54,693 nucleotides of DNA from an uncultured Candidatus Saccharibacteria bacterium. Its GTDB lineage: Bacteria > Patescibacteriota > Saccharimonadia > Saccharimonadales > JACDBH01. The position numbers were made by a program, and so were the translations under genes. Of this stretch, positions 9,144-19,784 are shown piece by piece; the stretch's first letter is position 1, and each line of letters opens with the position of its first letter. The stretch covers positions 1 to 54,693 of the forward strand of contig CAZXJN010000005.1 of NCBI GenBank assembly GCA_964641015.1, written 5' to 3'. The notes under the pieces are model-generated. The model was not told where the DNA came from. It did no database searches and saw nothing but the letters and a program-made list of their open reading frames with translations.

Positions 9144-9593
9144 CTAGGTACTTGCGCCGATTACGATAAGAGACGGGAAGATGATAGCGAACCATACAGC
9201 TTCCACAACTATGCCTGGCGGTGTCTGAGACCACTGAATACGGCTGTGGAATTTTGCGAGCCTGCCCCACTTTTTCTCCGGGGTTGGACGCAGATAGTAA
9301 TAGTACAGCCACATCAGATCGGGGCTGGCGGCTAAAAATGCACAAGCAATAATAAGGAGTGAAATACCGGGCCACAACGAAGCGATAAACAACGTGGCGG
9401 CCACCGCAAGCGCCATATCAAGCGCTAACCTCCGTAAAAACCTGGAGCTTTTTGCGTCCAATGTCTCGCCAAAGTGCGGCAACGCATCCAGGACAAAATG
9501 ACTGAATGGGGCTGCGGCCACAGCTGTAGCCGGATACTTATGCAGGGCAATCGCGATAACCGCTCCCGCTAGTCCATGATTCGTCGCCGTCAT
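9144..9593 (-). CDS. Membrane protein, YdjM-like putative metal-dependent hydrolase
   Basis: N-terminal H (TNH), SHFVLDALPH and SPD motifs, several TM helices. Confidence 0.55.
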   Translation of the reverse strand: MTATNHGLAGAVIAIALHKYPATAVAAAPFSHFVLDALPHFGETLDAKSSRFLRRLALDMALAVAATLFIASLWPGISLLIIACAFLAASPDLMWLYYYYLRPTPEKKWGRLAKFHSRIQWSQTPPGIVVEAVWFAIIFPSLIVIGAST

Positions 9594-9708
9594 AGCATAA
9601 TTCTATCAGCCTTGGAGCAATTTTAATGACCCAAAAACGCCTATAAACTCTGCGCTAGAGTATTACCCTCTTCTCTCATGATCTTTCTGTTGGCCCGCGT
9701 GTAGACCC

Positions 9709-10734
9709 CTAGGCTTTGTTGGCCTCCATGACTTGTTTGGCGATTTTTTCTAGCACTTTTGGATTTTCTTTCAGGTAATTCTTGGAAGCTTCGCGGCCCT
9801 GGCCGATTTTCTCACCCTCGTAGCTGAACCATGCGCCGGATTTCTCTACTATTTCCTTGTTTACCGCCAGATCCAGTACGTCGCCTTCGCGGCTGATGCC
9901 TTCGTTGTACATAATGTCGAACTCGGCTTCGCGGAATGGCGGCGCAATCTTGTTCTTGACTACCTTCACCCGGGTGCGGTTGCCGACGACACTATCGCCT
10001 ACCTTGATCTGCGAGGTCCTACGGATGTCCATGCGGAGGCTGGCGTAGAACTTCAGCGCGTTACCACCGGTAGTGGTCTCTGGGTTGCCGAACATCACGC
10101 CGATTTTCATACGCAACTGGTTGATGAATATCACCGTACTCTTAGATTTGGAAATAATAGCAGTCAGCTTGCGCAGTGCCTGGCTCATCAGGCGAGCCTG
10201 CAGGCCCATGTGGCTGTCACCCATATCGCCCTCAATCTCTGCCTGCGGCACTAAGGCTGCAACAGAGTCGACCACTATTAGATCAACTGCGTTGGAGCGG
10301 ACGAGTGACTCGACGATTTCCAGCGCCTGTTCGCCATTGTCCGGCTGAGAAACCAGCAGGCTCTCTAGATTTACACCGATACGCTGGGCATACTGCGGAT
10401 CAAGCGCATGCTCTGCATCGATAAATGCCGCCACACCACCTTGTTTTTGAACTTCTGCAATCGCGTGCAAGGTCAGGGTGGTCTTGCCGGAGCTTTCCGG
10501 TCCATAAACTTCAATTATACGACCCTTTGGAATGCCGCCGCCCAAAGCTAGATCCAGCGACACGCTGCCAGTTGGATAGCACTCAACATTCTGCTGGGTG
10601 CTTTCGCCAAGGCGCATAATCGTGCCTTTGCCGAACTGCTTTTCAATATGATCTACTGCCAGGCCAAGCGCCTTGGACTTGCCGTCTTCTTTTGTATTGT
10701 CTTTCGTTGATGCGTCAGACTGTGCTTTTGCCAT
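9709..10734 (-). CDS. recA: Recombinase A
   Basis: [43 protein letters not shown]. Confidence 0.99.
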   Translation of the reverse strand: MAKAQSDASTKDNTKEDGKSKALGLAVDHIEKQFGKGTIMRLGESTQQNVECYPTGSVSLDLALGGGIPKGRIIEVYGPESSGKTTLTLHAIAEVQKQGGVAAFIDAEHALDPQYAQRIGVNLESLLVSQPDNGEQALEIVESLVRSNAVDLIVVDSVAALVPQAEIEGDMGDSHMGLQARLMSQALRKLTAIISKSKSTVIFINQLRMKIGVMFGNPETTTGGNALKFYASLRMDIRRTSQIKVGDSVVGNRTRVKVVKNKIAPPFREAEFDIMYNEGISREGDVLDLAVNKEIVEKSGAWFSYEGEKIGQGREASKNYLKENPKVLEKIAKQVMEANKA

Positions 10735-10993
10735 CGTTACCTCTCCTTGTTTATATAGGGTAGTTATATTATACGCTGTTCGTGCTATGCAAGTCCCGTT
10801 ATTGCTTTTTTGTTGTTATTTACGCAACTATATTGTTTAGCATAACTATGATGTGGGTTCTTGCAACGCCCGTTTTCGGTATAACGGGACAGGCATGAAC
10901 GCTATAGAGTACCCTAGGCGCCAAAATACAGCAAGCATAATTTTATCGGTGTGCGTTTTTGACCTGTTTTAGGCTATACTAAGCATTAACAGT

Positions 10994-12802
10994 ATGCGTA
11001 TTTCCGATGCACTAGTTAAAGAGTTGCTCATAAAAGCAGGCAAAGCAACCGAAGAGCAGCTAGCCACCGTCCGAGAGCAGTCGGGCAATAGCAAGGCGCC
11101 CCTGCAAGATATTGTTATTAAGGGCAATGTTATTAATGAAAAAGATCTGACCAAACTATACGCCGAAGAAATAGAGGTGCCATTTGTTGAACTGGATCCA
11201 AAAAACATCAAGCGCGAAGTGCTCAAGCTCATACCAGAGCGCATTGCAAATCAGTACCGGGTGGTGCTGTACGGCGTGGACGAGACTGGCGCCAAGCTGT
11301 TAGCTACCGAAAACCCCGATGACGTTGAAGCCATCAACTTCCTAAAGAAGCAGCTAGGCGAAGATATTCGGATAGCAATGGCTACCGCGCAGAATATTGC
11401 CGCCTGCCTGGATCAGTACCGCGGTGAAATCGGCACCGAGCTCACCAAAGTAATGACTCCGGAAGAGCTGACTGAAGACATTGATGAAAACATATCTGAA
11501 GAAGACGTGGCAGAGGATTCGCCGATTGCTCAAACCGTCAACCTGCTTATTGAGTACGCAGTCAAAGCAAACGCGAGCGACATCCACATCGAGCCGCGCG
11601 AGGGCTATGTTTCTGTTCGCTACCGTATAGACGGCATCCTAAAAGAAACCAACAAGCTGCCAAAGAAAGTAATGTCTGCGCTGGTGTCTCGTATCAAAAT
11701 CCTGAGCAACCTCAAGATTGACGAACGGCGCGCACCGCAGGATGGAAGATTTAAAATATCAGCAAATGGATCGATCTACGCCCTGCGCGTCTCCACCTTG
11801 CCTATTGTTGATGGTGAGAAAGTAGTAATGCGTATCCTCAATGAATCCAGCAAGGCGCTAACGCTCGAAGAGCTTGGCTACTGGGGGCGATCGCTCGAGG
11901 ATATCAAGGATGCGATTGTCCAGCCGCATGGGATGATTCTGGTGACTGGTCCGACTGGCTCAGGAAAAAGCACCAGCCTGTTCAGTATCCTCTCAATGAT
12001 AAACAGTCCGACAGTAAACATCTCGACTGTAGAGGATCCGGTCGAGTACCGCGTACCCGGCGCCAACCAGACGCAGGTAAATCCTGTAGCAGGAATGACG
12101 TTTGCTAATGGCCTGCGGGCGCTGCTGCGTCAAGATCCAAACATTATTATGGTGGGCGAGATCCGTGACGGCGAAACAGCCTCGTTAGGGGTGCAGGCTG
12201 CGCTGACAGGCCACCTGGTATTCAGTACACTGCACACCAACAATGCAGCCACCACCCTGCCGCGTCTGCTGGATATGGGTATTGAACCATTTCTGATTGC
12301 CAGTACCGTGCGAGCGGTTGTCGGACAGCGCCTGGTGCGGCGCCTCTGTAATGAATGCCGCGAGTCCATTGAGCCAGATGCAGAAACGCTCAAGCGCATT
12401 ACGGAAACATTCAGTATTGATGCGGCCTCTATGAAACACATTCATAGCTTGGAACAAAAAGCGCTCGAAGGCGGCATCGGCAAAAGCAATCAGGGCAAAC
12501 AGCCAAGCGATCAACTCAGCACGACTGACAGCAAAATCACCCGCATCTGGAGAGCGCACGAAGGCGGTTGCGATACCTGTAATAAAACTGGCTACAAGGG
12601 CCGAATCGGCATCTATGAGGTCCTGCGCAATTCCGAAGATATACAGAAGCTGATTGTTGCCAACTCTACTTCAGAGGTCATTAACCAGCACGCCATAAAA
12701 GAAGGCATGGTAACAATGCAAATGGATGGATTTATCAAAGCCCTGCGCGGACAGTCTACTATAGAAGAAATCCTGCGCGTAACCGCCACCAGCGAAGAGT
12801 AA
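10994..12802 (+). CDS. pilB: Type IV pilus assembly ATPase PilB/GspE
   Basis: ASDIHIEP, GPTGSGKST, VEDPVEY, RQDPNIIMVGEIRD, LHTN, Cys-rich Zn motif. Confidence 0.95.
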   Translation: MRISDALVKELLIKAGKATEEQLATVREQSGNSKAPLQDIVIKGNVINEKDLTKLYAEEIEVPFVELDPKNIKREVLKLIPERIANQYRVVLYGVDETGAKLLATENPDDVEAINFLKKQLGEDIRIAMATAQNIAACLDQYRGEIGTELTKVMTPEELTEDIDENISEEDVAEDSPIAQTVNLLIEYAVKANASDIHIEPREGYVSVRYRIDGILKETNKLPKKVMSALVSRIKILSNLKIDERRAPQDGRFKISANGSIYALRVSTLPIVDGEKVVMRILNESSKALTLEELGYWGRSLEDIKDAIVQPHGMILVTGPTGSGKSTSLFSILSMINSPTVNISTVEDPVEYRVPGANQTQVNPVAGMTFANGLRALLRQDPNIIMVGEIRDGETASLGVQAALTGHLVFSTLHTNNAATTLPRLLDMGIEPFLIASTVRAVVGQRLVRRLCNECRESIEPDAETLKRITETFSIDAASMKHIHSLEQKALEGGIGKSNQGKQPSDQLSTTDSKITRIWRAHEGGCDTCNKTGYKGRIGIYEVLRNSEDIQKLIVANSTSEVINQHAIKEGMVTMQMDGFIKALRGQSTIEEILRVTATSEE

Positions 12803-12827
12803 CATCAAAATAAGGACTTGATTCATA

Positions 12828-14039
12828 ATGGCAGAATTCACCTACACCGCAAAAGATCAATCTGGAAAGCCGCAGACCGGTAAGATTACGGCCGAGTCAC
12901 GAGATCAAGCGGTTTCGTCACTGATTAAACGCGGACTCACCCCGCAAACTGTCAAGCCTGTCGGCGGCAGCGGCTTGCAAATGAATATCAAGTTGCCAGG
13001 CGGCGGCAAAGTCAAGCCAGCTGCGCTGGTGGTATTTACCAGACAGTTCTCTACGATGGTGTCAGCTGGCGTACCCATGCTACGCTCACTCACTACCCTG
13101 CGCGAGCAATCCAATTCACCAGCCCTCAAAGAAGTCCTCGAAAAAGTCGTCAATGATGTACAAGGCGGCACCCAATTATCCGATGCTTTCGCCAAACATC
13201 CGAAAGCCTTTAGTGAAGTTTACGTAAATATGGTCCGAGCTGGTGAAACCGGCGGTATTTTGGATAAGATCCTCGGCCGCCTGGCAACACAAGTTGAAAA
13301 AGACGCCAAGATAAAAGGCAAATTCAAAAGTGCGATGGTCTACCCCGCCGTAGTCAGCGTCGTTGCTATTGGCGCAGTAGGGTTCTTGATGGTTGGAGTG
13401 GTGCCAAACCTTGCCAATATTCTTATCGAGGCTGGCGGCGAGCTCCCCCTGCAGACAAGGATTATTCTGACCATCAGCAATATTATGACCAATCAGTGGT
13501 ATATCATCCTGCTTTCTATCCTTATCGGCGTGTTTGCTTTTAGAAAATTTACCAGCAACCCCCAGGGCAAGTATGCGTTTCATAAACTGCTGCTAAAGCT
13601 GCCGATTTTTGGGAATATTATCCTCAAGGTCAATGTGGCACGCTTTGCCCGTACCTTTAGCTCGCTCATGGCTGCAGGCGTTACCGTAATCGACTCGCTA
13701 GAAGTCACGAGCGGTGCACTCACCAATCTCGTAGTGCGAAAATCGCTTACCGAGAGTGTCGACAGTATAAAGAACGGCAGTAATATTGCCGACAGCCTCG
13801 CAGCCAGCGGGATTCTGCCCGCCATCATCATACAAATGACCGCAGTAGGTGAAGAGACAGGAAAAATTGGTGAAGTTCTCGAAAAAGTTGCAGAATTTTA
13901 TGAGGACGAGGTAGATCAAATTACCGCCAGCATGTCGTCTATCATTGAGCCGATTTTAATCGTCGGTCTCGGCGGTATCGTCGGCTTTATCGTTATGAGT
14001 GTGCTTGGCCCGATTATTTCCATCCAAGGTACTGTATAA
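12828..14039 (+). CDS. pilC: Type IV pilus platform protein PilC/GspF
   Basis: FTRQFSTMVSAGVP, AGETGG, AMVYP, VGEETG. Confidence 0.95.
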   Translation: MAEFTYTAKDQSGKPQTGKITAESRDQAVSSLIKRGLTPQTVKPVGGSGLQMNIKLPGGGKVKPAALVVFTRQFSTMVSAGVPMLRSLTTLREQSNSPALKEVLEKVVNDVQGGTQLSDAFAKHPKAFSEVYVNMVRAGETGGILDKILGRLATQVEKDAKIKGKFKSAMVYPAVVSVVAIGAVGFLMVGVVPNLANILIEAGGELPLQTRIILTISNIMTNQWYIILLSILIGVFAFRKFTSNPQGKYAFHKLLLKLPIFGNIILKVNVARFARTFSSLMAAGVTVIDSLEVTSGALTNLVVRKSLTESVDSIKNGSNIADSLAASGILPAIIIQMTAVGEETGKIGEVLEKVAEFYEDEVDQITASMSSIIEPILIVGLGGIVGFIVMSVLGPIISIQGTV

Positions 14040-14045
14040 AAAGAA

Positions 14046-14074
14046 TTGACATCCAGAGCATAAGCGTTTACATT
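14046..14074 (+). promoter_or_regulatory. sigma70 promoter of the major pilin
   Basis: TTGACA-17 nt-TACATT; spacer contains GCATAAGC; SD AAGGAG before ATG14124. Confidence 0.7.
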
Positions 14075-14123
14075 TGAGGTATTATCAAAAAAATTAGAAG
14101 CATTCTAAAGGAGTGGATTTACA

Positions 14124-14567
14124 ATGCGAAAATTAAACCAAAAGGGCTTCACCATTATCGAGCTTCTCGTAGTAATCGTGATTATCGGTATCTTGGTAGC
14201 CTTAACCTTGCCTAACTTATTTAGCGCACAGGCCCGTGGTCGTGACACCGATCGTAAGAATGAGCTCAAGAACCTGCAGCAGAAGCTTGAGACTTACTTT
14301 AACGACAACGATGAATACCCAGCATCGCTGAACGATCTGACCCCAACACCAACCGATGATGAGCTGACCGGTCCTCGACAAGATGCTTACACCTATACCC
14401 CAGCTGCGGTAGGCGGTGTAGCAAACCAGTCATATACACTGACTGCAACACTTGAAAACGAGAACGACAAAGATGCTGTAAACGGTGTTTACACCCTAAA
14501 CAGCACCAACCAAGGCGACACCGGCGGCGGTGGCGGCGGTGGCGGCGGTGGTGGCGACGACGACTAG
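14124..14567 (+). CDS. Probable major type IV pilin with poly-Gly/acidic C-terminal tail
   Basis: Class III signal QKG|FTIIELLVV; own promoter and terminator; ends G11-DDD. Confidence 0.9.
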   Translation: MRKLNQKGFTIIELLVVIVIIGILVALTLPNLFSAQARGRDTDRKNELKNLQQKLETYFNDNDEYPASLNDLTPTPTDDELTGPRQDAYTYTPAAVGGVANQSYTLTATLENENDKDAVNGVYTLNSTNQGDTGGGGGGGGGGGDDD

Positions 14568-14596
14568 TCGTTTCTGTTCAAACCCGCTATAAGTAC

Positions 14597-14626
14597 AAAA
14601 CCGGTTGCCCAAGGGTAACCGGTTTT
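14597..14626 (+). terminator. Intrinsic terminator after the major pilin
   Basis: AAAACCGGTTGCCC-aa-GGGTAACCGGTTTT. Confidence 0.8.
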
Positions 14627-14649
14627 GCTATGCTTATGGTTAATACGCT

Positions 14650-15042
14650 ATGAATAAAGACCAATCCGGCTTTACGCTCATTGAGCTGATTGTGACCATT
14701 GCAGTCACAGGGCTAATACTTGGCGGTATCGTTAATGTTTATATCGGCATACAAGCCATGCAGCGAAAGACCTACCACCTTGAGCTTGCAACGCGTGCCG
14801 GTGAACGGCAGGTAGAGTCGCTGCGCAACAGCCACTATGCAAGCCTCGAGCCAGGTGTACCTATAGATTTCAGCAGCGAACTACCTGATGACTTGGCTAA
14901 TCCTAAGACAGGAGTGGTTGAAGTGAGCGAGCCATCAGATGGGCTGCGCCGCGTTGATATTACTATTACCTACAAGGACGGATCGCGCACCCAGACAGTC
15001 AAGCAAAGTTCACTTATCGGTGTGATTGGAATTGCACAATGA
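14650..15042 (+). CDS. Minor pilin (PilV-like)
   Basis: Class III signal QSG|FTLIELIV. Confidence 0.85.
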   Translation: MNKDQSGFTLIELIVTIAVTGLILGGIVNVYIGIQAMQRKTYHLELATRAGERQVESLRNSHYASLEPGVPIDFSSELPDDLANPKTGVVEVSEPSDGLRRVDITITYKDGSRTQTVKQSSLIGVIGIAQ

Positions 15043-15722
15043 AAAAGCTTCACAAACCCCAGCACGGCTTTACGCTCACAGAAATGCTGATTGCCACCGC
15101 GGTCGCAAGCCTGATGATTATTCTAATAATGACCTTTCTCGTCAATACACTGAGAACCAACAGTATCGATACCGCCCGAGCCGACCTCCTTCGCGAAGCT
15201 CAGATCGCACTCGATGTACTTAACAAAGATATTCGCCTGTCTGCAAATGCCGACTCAGTCAACCGTTGGCAGGATGAATACTCTCCGCAAGCGGAGGCAA
15301 CTAATGGCTATGGATGGACGTCTGACAGCAGCACTGTTGTTCTGGCAACTGCCGCCACTAGTGTTGACGGCGACATCTTGTTCTCTGACGCGACCCACTA
15401 TATCACCTTCAAAAATAATATAGTGTACTACCTCGACGGTGATGCGCTCTACCGACGCACTCTCGCTGGCGAGATCGATGGTGCAGATGTAGCCGCTGTC
15501 ACTACCTGCCCTCTCGCAGCAGCCAACAATGACTGTCCGGCCGATCGCCTGCTTGTTAACAACGTCGAAAGCTTTATCCTCCGCTACTTGAACGGTGACG
15601 GTGATGAGGTAGATCCAGACCATGCCCGCCTCATTGAAGCAGAGCTGCATCTTGCAACTAATAAATATGGACGGGACATCACCGCCAACTATGTCACAAG
15701 GATGGTATTTAGGAATGAATAA
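15039..15722 (+). CDS. Minor pilin (PilW-like)
   Basis: Class III signal QHG|FTLTEMLI. Confidence 0.85.
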   Translation: MKKLHKPQHGFTLTEMLIATAVASLMIILIMTFLVNTLRTNSIDTARADLLREAQIALDVLNKDIRLSANADSVNRWQDEYSPQAEATNGYGWTSDSSTVVLATAATSVDGDILFSDATHYITFKNNIVYYLDGDALYRRTLAGEIDGADVAAVTTCPLAAANNDCPADRLLVNNVESFILRYLNGDGDEVDPDHARLIEAELHLATNKYGRDITANYVTRMVFRNE

Positions 15723-17142
15723 AGCTCTCAAGCGCTACCAGTCACTTCATCGCAACCAGAAGGGGGTAATCCTGATTACCGCACTTTTGGTAGGATTGCT
15801 TCTGACGTTTGTCGGTTTATCACTGAGCAATCTGGTTATTGCCCAGTATAGCCGGACAAACCGCAACGTGTTTGTATCAAACGCCCTCATGACTGCCGAG
15901 GCAGGGGCTGAGCAAACTCTATTTGAAATTAACTCTGATAGTTCTTTCTCTGGCTTTACTACAGAAACCGAGTTTTATAATAATGAAGAGCAGGGACGTG
16001 CCACCTACCAGACAACCGTAGAAAATGGCACAGGCCCAAACGAAAGAGTCATTACATCCACCGGGCGTACCTATCGGAGCAATGGTACCGAACCTGTGAG
16101 TACACGCAGCGTCCGTGTCACTATCGTGGCAACTGCGTCGCCTGGATACTCAGTCCAGACAGGTCCTGGCGGACTTATTTTGAGCGGTAGCGCCAGCATT
16201 ACCAGTGCCGAAATTTATGTGAACGGCTTTATAGACCTCAGAGGAGCGGCAAAAATCGGCACCGCGAGTAACCCAGTAAGTGTCCATGTTGGCAATTACA
16301 ACTGCCCGAGCGGCAACAATCCGGGTCCCACCTACCCCGAGCTCTGCAGCAGTGGCGATCCTATACGGTTCGAAACAAGCACCAAGATTTACGGGCCGGT
16401 ATGTGCCACTGGCCAGATAAAAGATCGTGTAGCATCCTGGCAAACCGATCCAGTCATACCCGGCCTCATTCCAGGCTGCATTGCTCCCGCCGTATCAATG
16501 CCTGCGTATGACCGAGCCGCTCACATCTCGCGCATGACGCCTGCTTCTGGCTATCCGGCAAATAATATCAACTACAACTGTACTCAGTGGCAAAACCCAG
16601 TTGGCAATGTCCGAACGCTACCTCCCAATATCCGTCTAAACGGCAATGCAAACTGGGGCAGCAGCTGTGATTTGACTATCACGGGTGACGTCTACATTAC
16701 CGGTGACTTGGATATCGGCGGCTCAACAACCATCAGAATTGCTGACTCACTAGGCACCACGCGTCCGGTGATTGTGGTTGATGGCAACATTAATGTGGGA
16801 GGCTCAGCATCGCTCATCCCTAACAGCAGCGGCACCACTGCGCACTTTATCAGCTTCAAGAGCTCGGCAAGCTGCAGTCCCGCCTGTACCGATGTGACCG
16901 GTACGGACCTCAAAACCTCTCAAGGTGTTCGAACAGTCAACGTTCAGGGAGCAGGCAACTTTCCCGGTACGATATTCCATAGCTACTGGGGCACCGTAAA
17001 ACTAGGCGGGAGCGGTAATATGGGCTCCGCAATTGGCCAGACGGTCGATCTGAGCGGTGCAGGTACGATAGTCTTTGGCACCGCACTGGCGACTGGCGAC
17101 AGCCAGTGGACTGTTCGAAGCTATCAGTATGACTTTCAATAA
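15715..17142 (+). CDS. Large PilX-like minor pilin / putative tip adhesin
   Basis: ATG15715; QKG|VILITALL lacks Glu5 as in PilX/GspK; AEAGAE motif; Gly/Ser/Thr-rich C-terminal domain with paired Cys. Confidence 0.75.
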   Translation: MNKALKRYQSLHRNQKGVILITALLVGLLLTFVGLSLSNLVIAQYSRTNRNVFVSNALMTAEAGAEQTLFEINSDSSFSGFTTETEFYNNEEQGRATYQTTVENGTGPNERVITSTGRTYRSNGTEPVSTRSVRVTIVATASPGYSVQTGPGGLILSGSASITSAEIYVNGFIDLRGAAKIGTASNPVSVHVGNYNCPSGNNPGPTYPELCSSGDPIRFETSTKIYGPVCATGQIKDRVASWQTDPVIPGLIPGCIAPAVSMPAYDRAAHISRMTPASGYPANNINYNCTQWQNPVGNVRTLPPNIRLNGNANWGSSCDLTITGDVYITGDLDIGGSTTIRIADSLGTTRPVIVVDGNINVGGSASLIPNSSGTTAHFISFKSSASCSPACTDVTGTDLKTSQGVRTVNVQGAGNFPGTIFHSYWGTVKLGGSGNMGSAIGQTVDLSGAGTIVFGTALATGDSQWTVRSYQYDFQ

Positions 17143-17213
17143 TCTCTATTAGAAGCGTAAGCACTTTGCTATACTAGTAGCAAAGAAATCGATAGGGGCA
17201 CCGCTGGAATACC

Positions 17214-18293
17214 GTGGGAACAAAGAACTCACAAACACTATTTTATAAAGACAGGCCGCTTTTTGGATTGGACATCGGCTTTAATACCATTAAAGTCATG
17301 CAGCTTGATGTTGCAAAGAAATCTACCACTGTCCTTGGCTATGGAGTGGCAAAGTTTGATGAAAATGCGGTCAAAGACGGGGTAATTGTTGACTACGAAT
17401 CTCTTGCAAAATCAGCTCAGGACCTTTTCAGCAAAAACATAATCGGCTCAATCAGTACAAGAAGGGTGGCGGCAACTATTCCCGCCTCTAAGGCCTATTC
17501 CCGCGTGCTCCATCTCCCCGCCAAGCTCAAGAAGAAAGAGCTCGACGAAGCAGTTCGCCTAGAAGCCGCCCAGTACATTCCCATTCCGCTTGAGGACCTC
17601 TATCTTGACTACGAAGTAGTAGGCATACACGATGATCAGTCAGAGGTACTACTAGTCGGTGCTCCCAAAAAAATTATTGATTCCTACATGAAGTTTTTTG
17701 AGCTTATCGGGCTGGAGGTCAGCGCGCTCGAAACCACTATTTCGGCTGCCAGCCGGATTATTTCACGAGTCGAAAACAGTCAGGATGTTCCTACCATTCT
17801 GATTGACCTCGGATCATTATCGGTTGATCTGACCGTGTATGACAAAAATGTGGTCGTCAACGGCACTATCCCCGGCGGTGGCGATGATTTTTCTCAGCGA
17901 ATAGCCGAAAAACTTGGCGTGAGCAAAGCTGAGGCAAACAGCATAAAGACAAAATACGGGCTGGGAGTCAGCAAGCATCAGGCTGAAGTCCGTAAGGCTC
18001 TCAAGCCGCAGCTTGATTCGCTTATCAAAGAGATTCGTCGTGTCGTACGCTACTACGAAGAGCGTACAGACGGCAAATCAACCATCGGCCAGATCATCAC
18101 CATGGGCGGCGGCTCGAATATGCCAGGGCTTGTAGACTACCTGACCGATAATCTACGTATCGCGACGCGCCTGTGCAACTTCTGGAGCAGCTTTGACACC
18201 GACGGCTTACAGCCGCCATCCGAAGCCGAAAAATCACTGTATGTCACGGTGGCGGGTACCGCTATTATCAACCCAGGAGATATCTGGAAATGA
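17214..18293 (+). CDS. pilM: Type IV pilus assembly protein PilM
   Basis: Actin-like fold motifs FGLDIG, ILIDLG, IITMGGGS; EAAQYIP. Confidence 0.93.
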   Translation: MGTKNSQTLFYKDRPLFGLDIGFNTIKVMQLDVAKKSTTVLGYGVAKFDENAVKDGVIVDYESLAKSAQDLFSKNIIGSISTRRVAATIPASKAYSRVLHLPAKLKKKELDEAVRLEAAQYIPIPLEDLYLDYEVVGIHDDQSEVLLVGAPKKIIDSYMKFFELIGLEVSALETTISAASRIISRVENSQDVPTILIDLGSLSVDLTVYDKNVVVNGTIPGGGDDFSQRIAEKLGVSKAEANSIKTKYGLGVSKHQAEVRKALKPQLDSLIKEIRRVVRYYEERTDGKSTIGQIITMGGGSNMPGLVDYLTDNLRIATRLCNFWSSFDTDGLQPPSEAEKSLYVTVAGTAIINPGDIWK

Positions 18294-18877
18294 TCAATTT
18301 GATTCCCACCGACCACAAACAAGCAATTACCTACGCGCGCTACAACAGCAAGCTGGTGGGCTGGCTTATCGGCATCGTGATTGCAGTGGCAGGCCTTGGC
18401 CTTATTGCCAGCGGCGGCCTATTCTATATCAACCAGGATATTAATCACTACAAAGCATCTATTGCCGAGAGCAAAGAGCTGCTCAAAGAAGAAAACGAAG
18501 AGGAAACCCTCGCGCGGGTAGAAGAAGTCAGCGGGCAGTTGTCGCTGGCTGTGGACGTACTCTCAAGAGAAGTGCTGTTCTCAAAACTTCTTCCTCACCT
18601 TGGCACACTGATGCCTGATGGCACCATCCTAGAAAACCTCAGCCTCAGCCGAGAGCTTGGCGGCGGCATCGACCTGTCCATTGGCGCAACAGATGAGTTT
18701 AGAGCTTCGCAAGCGCTCGCCAACATCAAAGCCGATGACAACCTTCTGTTCACTGCTGCTGACGCAAACCGGATCACCTGTGAGAACAAAGACACCGACT
18801 ATGTTTGCACTGCTTTTATCCGGGCAACGCTGGTTGAAAAGAATCCATTCATGTTGCTCAATCAGGAGGCAAACTGA
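18290..18877 (+). CDS. PilN-like bitopic membrane protein
   Basis: MINLIP PilM-binding motif followed by one TM and a coiled coil. Confidence 0.8.
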   Translation: MINLIPTDHKQAITYARYNSKLVGWLIGIVIAVAGLGLIASGGLFYINQDINHYKASIAESKELLKEENEEETLARVEEVSGQLSLAVDVLSREVLFSKLLPHLGTLMPDGTILENLSLSRELGGGIDLSIGATDEFRASQALANIKADDNLLFTAADANRITCENKDTDYVCTAFIRATLVEKNPFMLLNQEAN

Positions 18878-19488
18878 TGAATAGCAAGCGCTTCTTTATC
18901 GTAATGATTGTTCTGGTAGGCCTGCTGCTGCTTGGATTTGGTGGTGGCACCTACAAAGCCAACTCCATGCTCCACGACGAAAGCGAAAAGCTGGTTGACC
19001 TAAAGCTCACCAGCTCAGTACTGGAAAGGCAGCGAGAAGGATTAAATCAAGCCAAACGGGATATTGCCGAATTTTCTGAGCTGGAAAAACTAACAAAATC
19101 AATTCTCCCGCAAGAAAAGGACCAAGTAAACACTATCGGAGAGATAGCCACCCACGCCCAAACCGCCAATATTCGGCTTGGTGCGATTGAATTCCCCCAG
19201 TCACAGCTGGGGCAAGTCTCCCGTGGCCGGAGAGCTGCCGCTGCCACTGACAGCAGCAAGACTCAGCTGACCCCGCTCGAAGACCTCAAGGGCGTCTACG
19301 TAATGGATATCGACATACGCAATCATGGCGAGCATCCGGTCGACTACGAGCAGATTATCCGTTTCCTGGAGCTTCTAGAGGGCAATCGCCGCACGGCACA
19401 GGTAGTTAATATAAGCATCCAGCCCGATGCCGAGAATAAAACGCTATTTCATTTTACTATCAATCTAAACACCTACGTTAGGCCTTAG
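18877..19488 (+). CDS. PilO-like bitopic membrane protein
   Basis: N-terminal TM, coiled coil, FLELLEGNRR-type C-domain; follows pilN. Confidence 0.75.
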   Translation: MNSKRFFIVMIVLVGLLLLGFGGGTYKANSMLHDESEKLVDLKLTSSVLERQREGLNQAKRDIAEFSELEKLTKSILPQEKDQVNTIGEIATHAQTANIRLGAIEFPQSQLGQVSRGRRAAAATDSSKTQLTPLEDLKGVYVMDIDIRNHGEHPVDYEQIIRFLELLEGNRRTAQVVNISIQPDAENKTLFHFTINLNTYVRP

Positions 19489-19490
19489 AT

Positions 19491-19778
19491 ATGAAAAACA
19501 TCACCCACCGCATCCAGCCAATTATCGAAATTCTGCAGCGCTATAGTATTACCGCTGCGATTATCGTCGTCAGCGGTATTTACGGCTACCTCATCTACAC
19601 CAGCAGCACCCTTGTGCAGGTCGAGCCATCTGAGGTAGAAATCGCCGAAAAATATCAAGGCGCCAAGCGTCCAAAAATAGATGAGGCGATAGCAAAAAAG
19701 ATCAGCGAGCTCCAGGACAACAACATAAACTTTCAGGCACTGCTCGACGACGCCCGCAAGAACCCGTTCGTAGAGTAA
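19491..19778 (+). CDS. Small pilus-operon membrane protein (PilP-position)
   Basis: Single TM; ends RKNPFVE; last gene of pilMNO. Confidence 0.6.
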   Translation: MKNITHRIQPIIEILQRYSITAAIIVVSGIYGYLIYTSSTLVQVEPSEVEIAEKYQGAKRPKIDEAIAKKISELQDNNINFQALLDDARKNPFVE

Positions 19779-19784
19779 ACGCAG

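Noticed and set aside
10768-10795. LexA/SOS box upstream of recA
   Set aside because: Only a CGAAC half-site on the minus strand, with no matching GTTC half; not supportable.
10994-19778. Type IV pilus cluster as a novel system
   Set aside because: Standard pilB-pilC-pilins-pilMNO content, well known in Patescibacteria; only the pilin tail is unusual.
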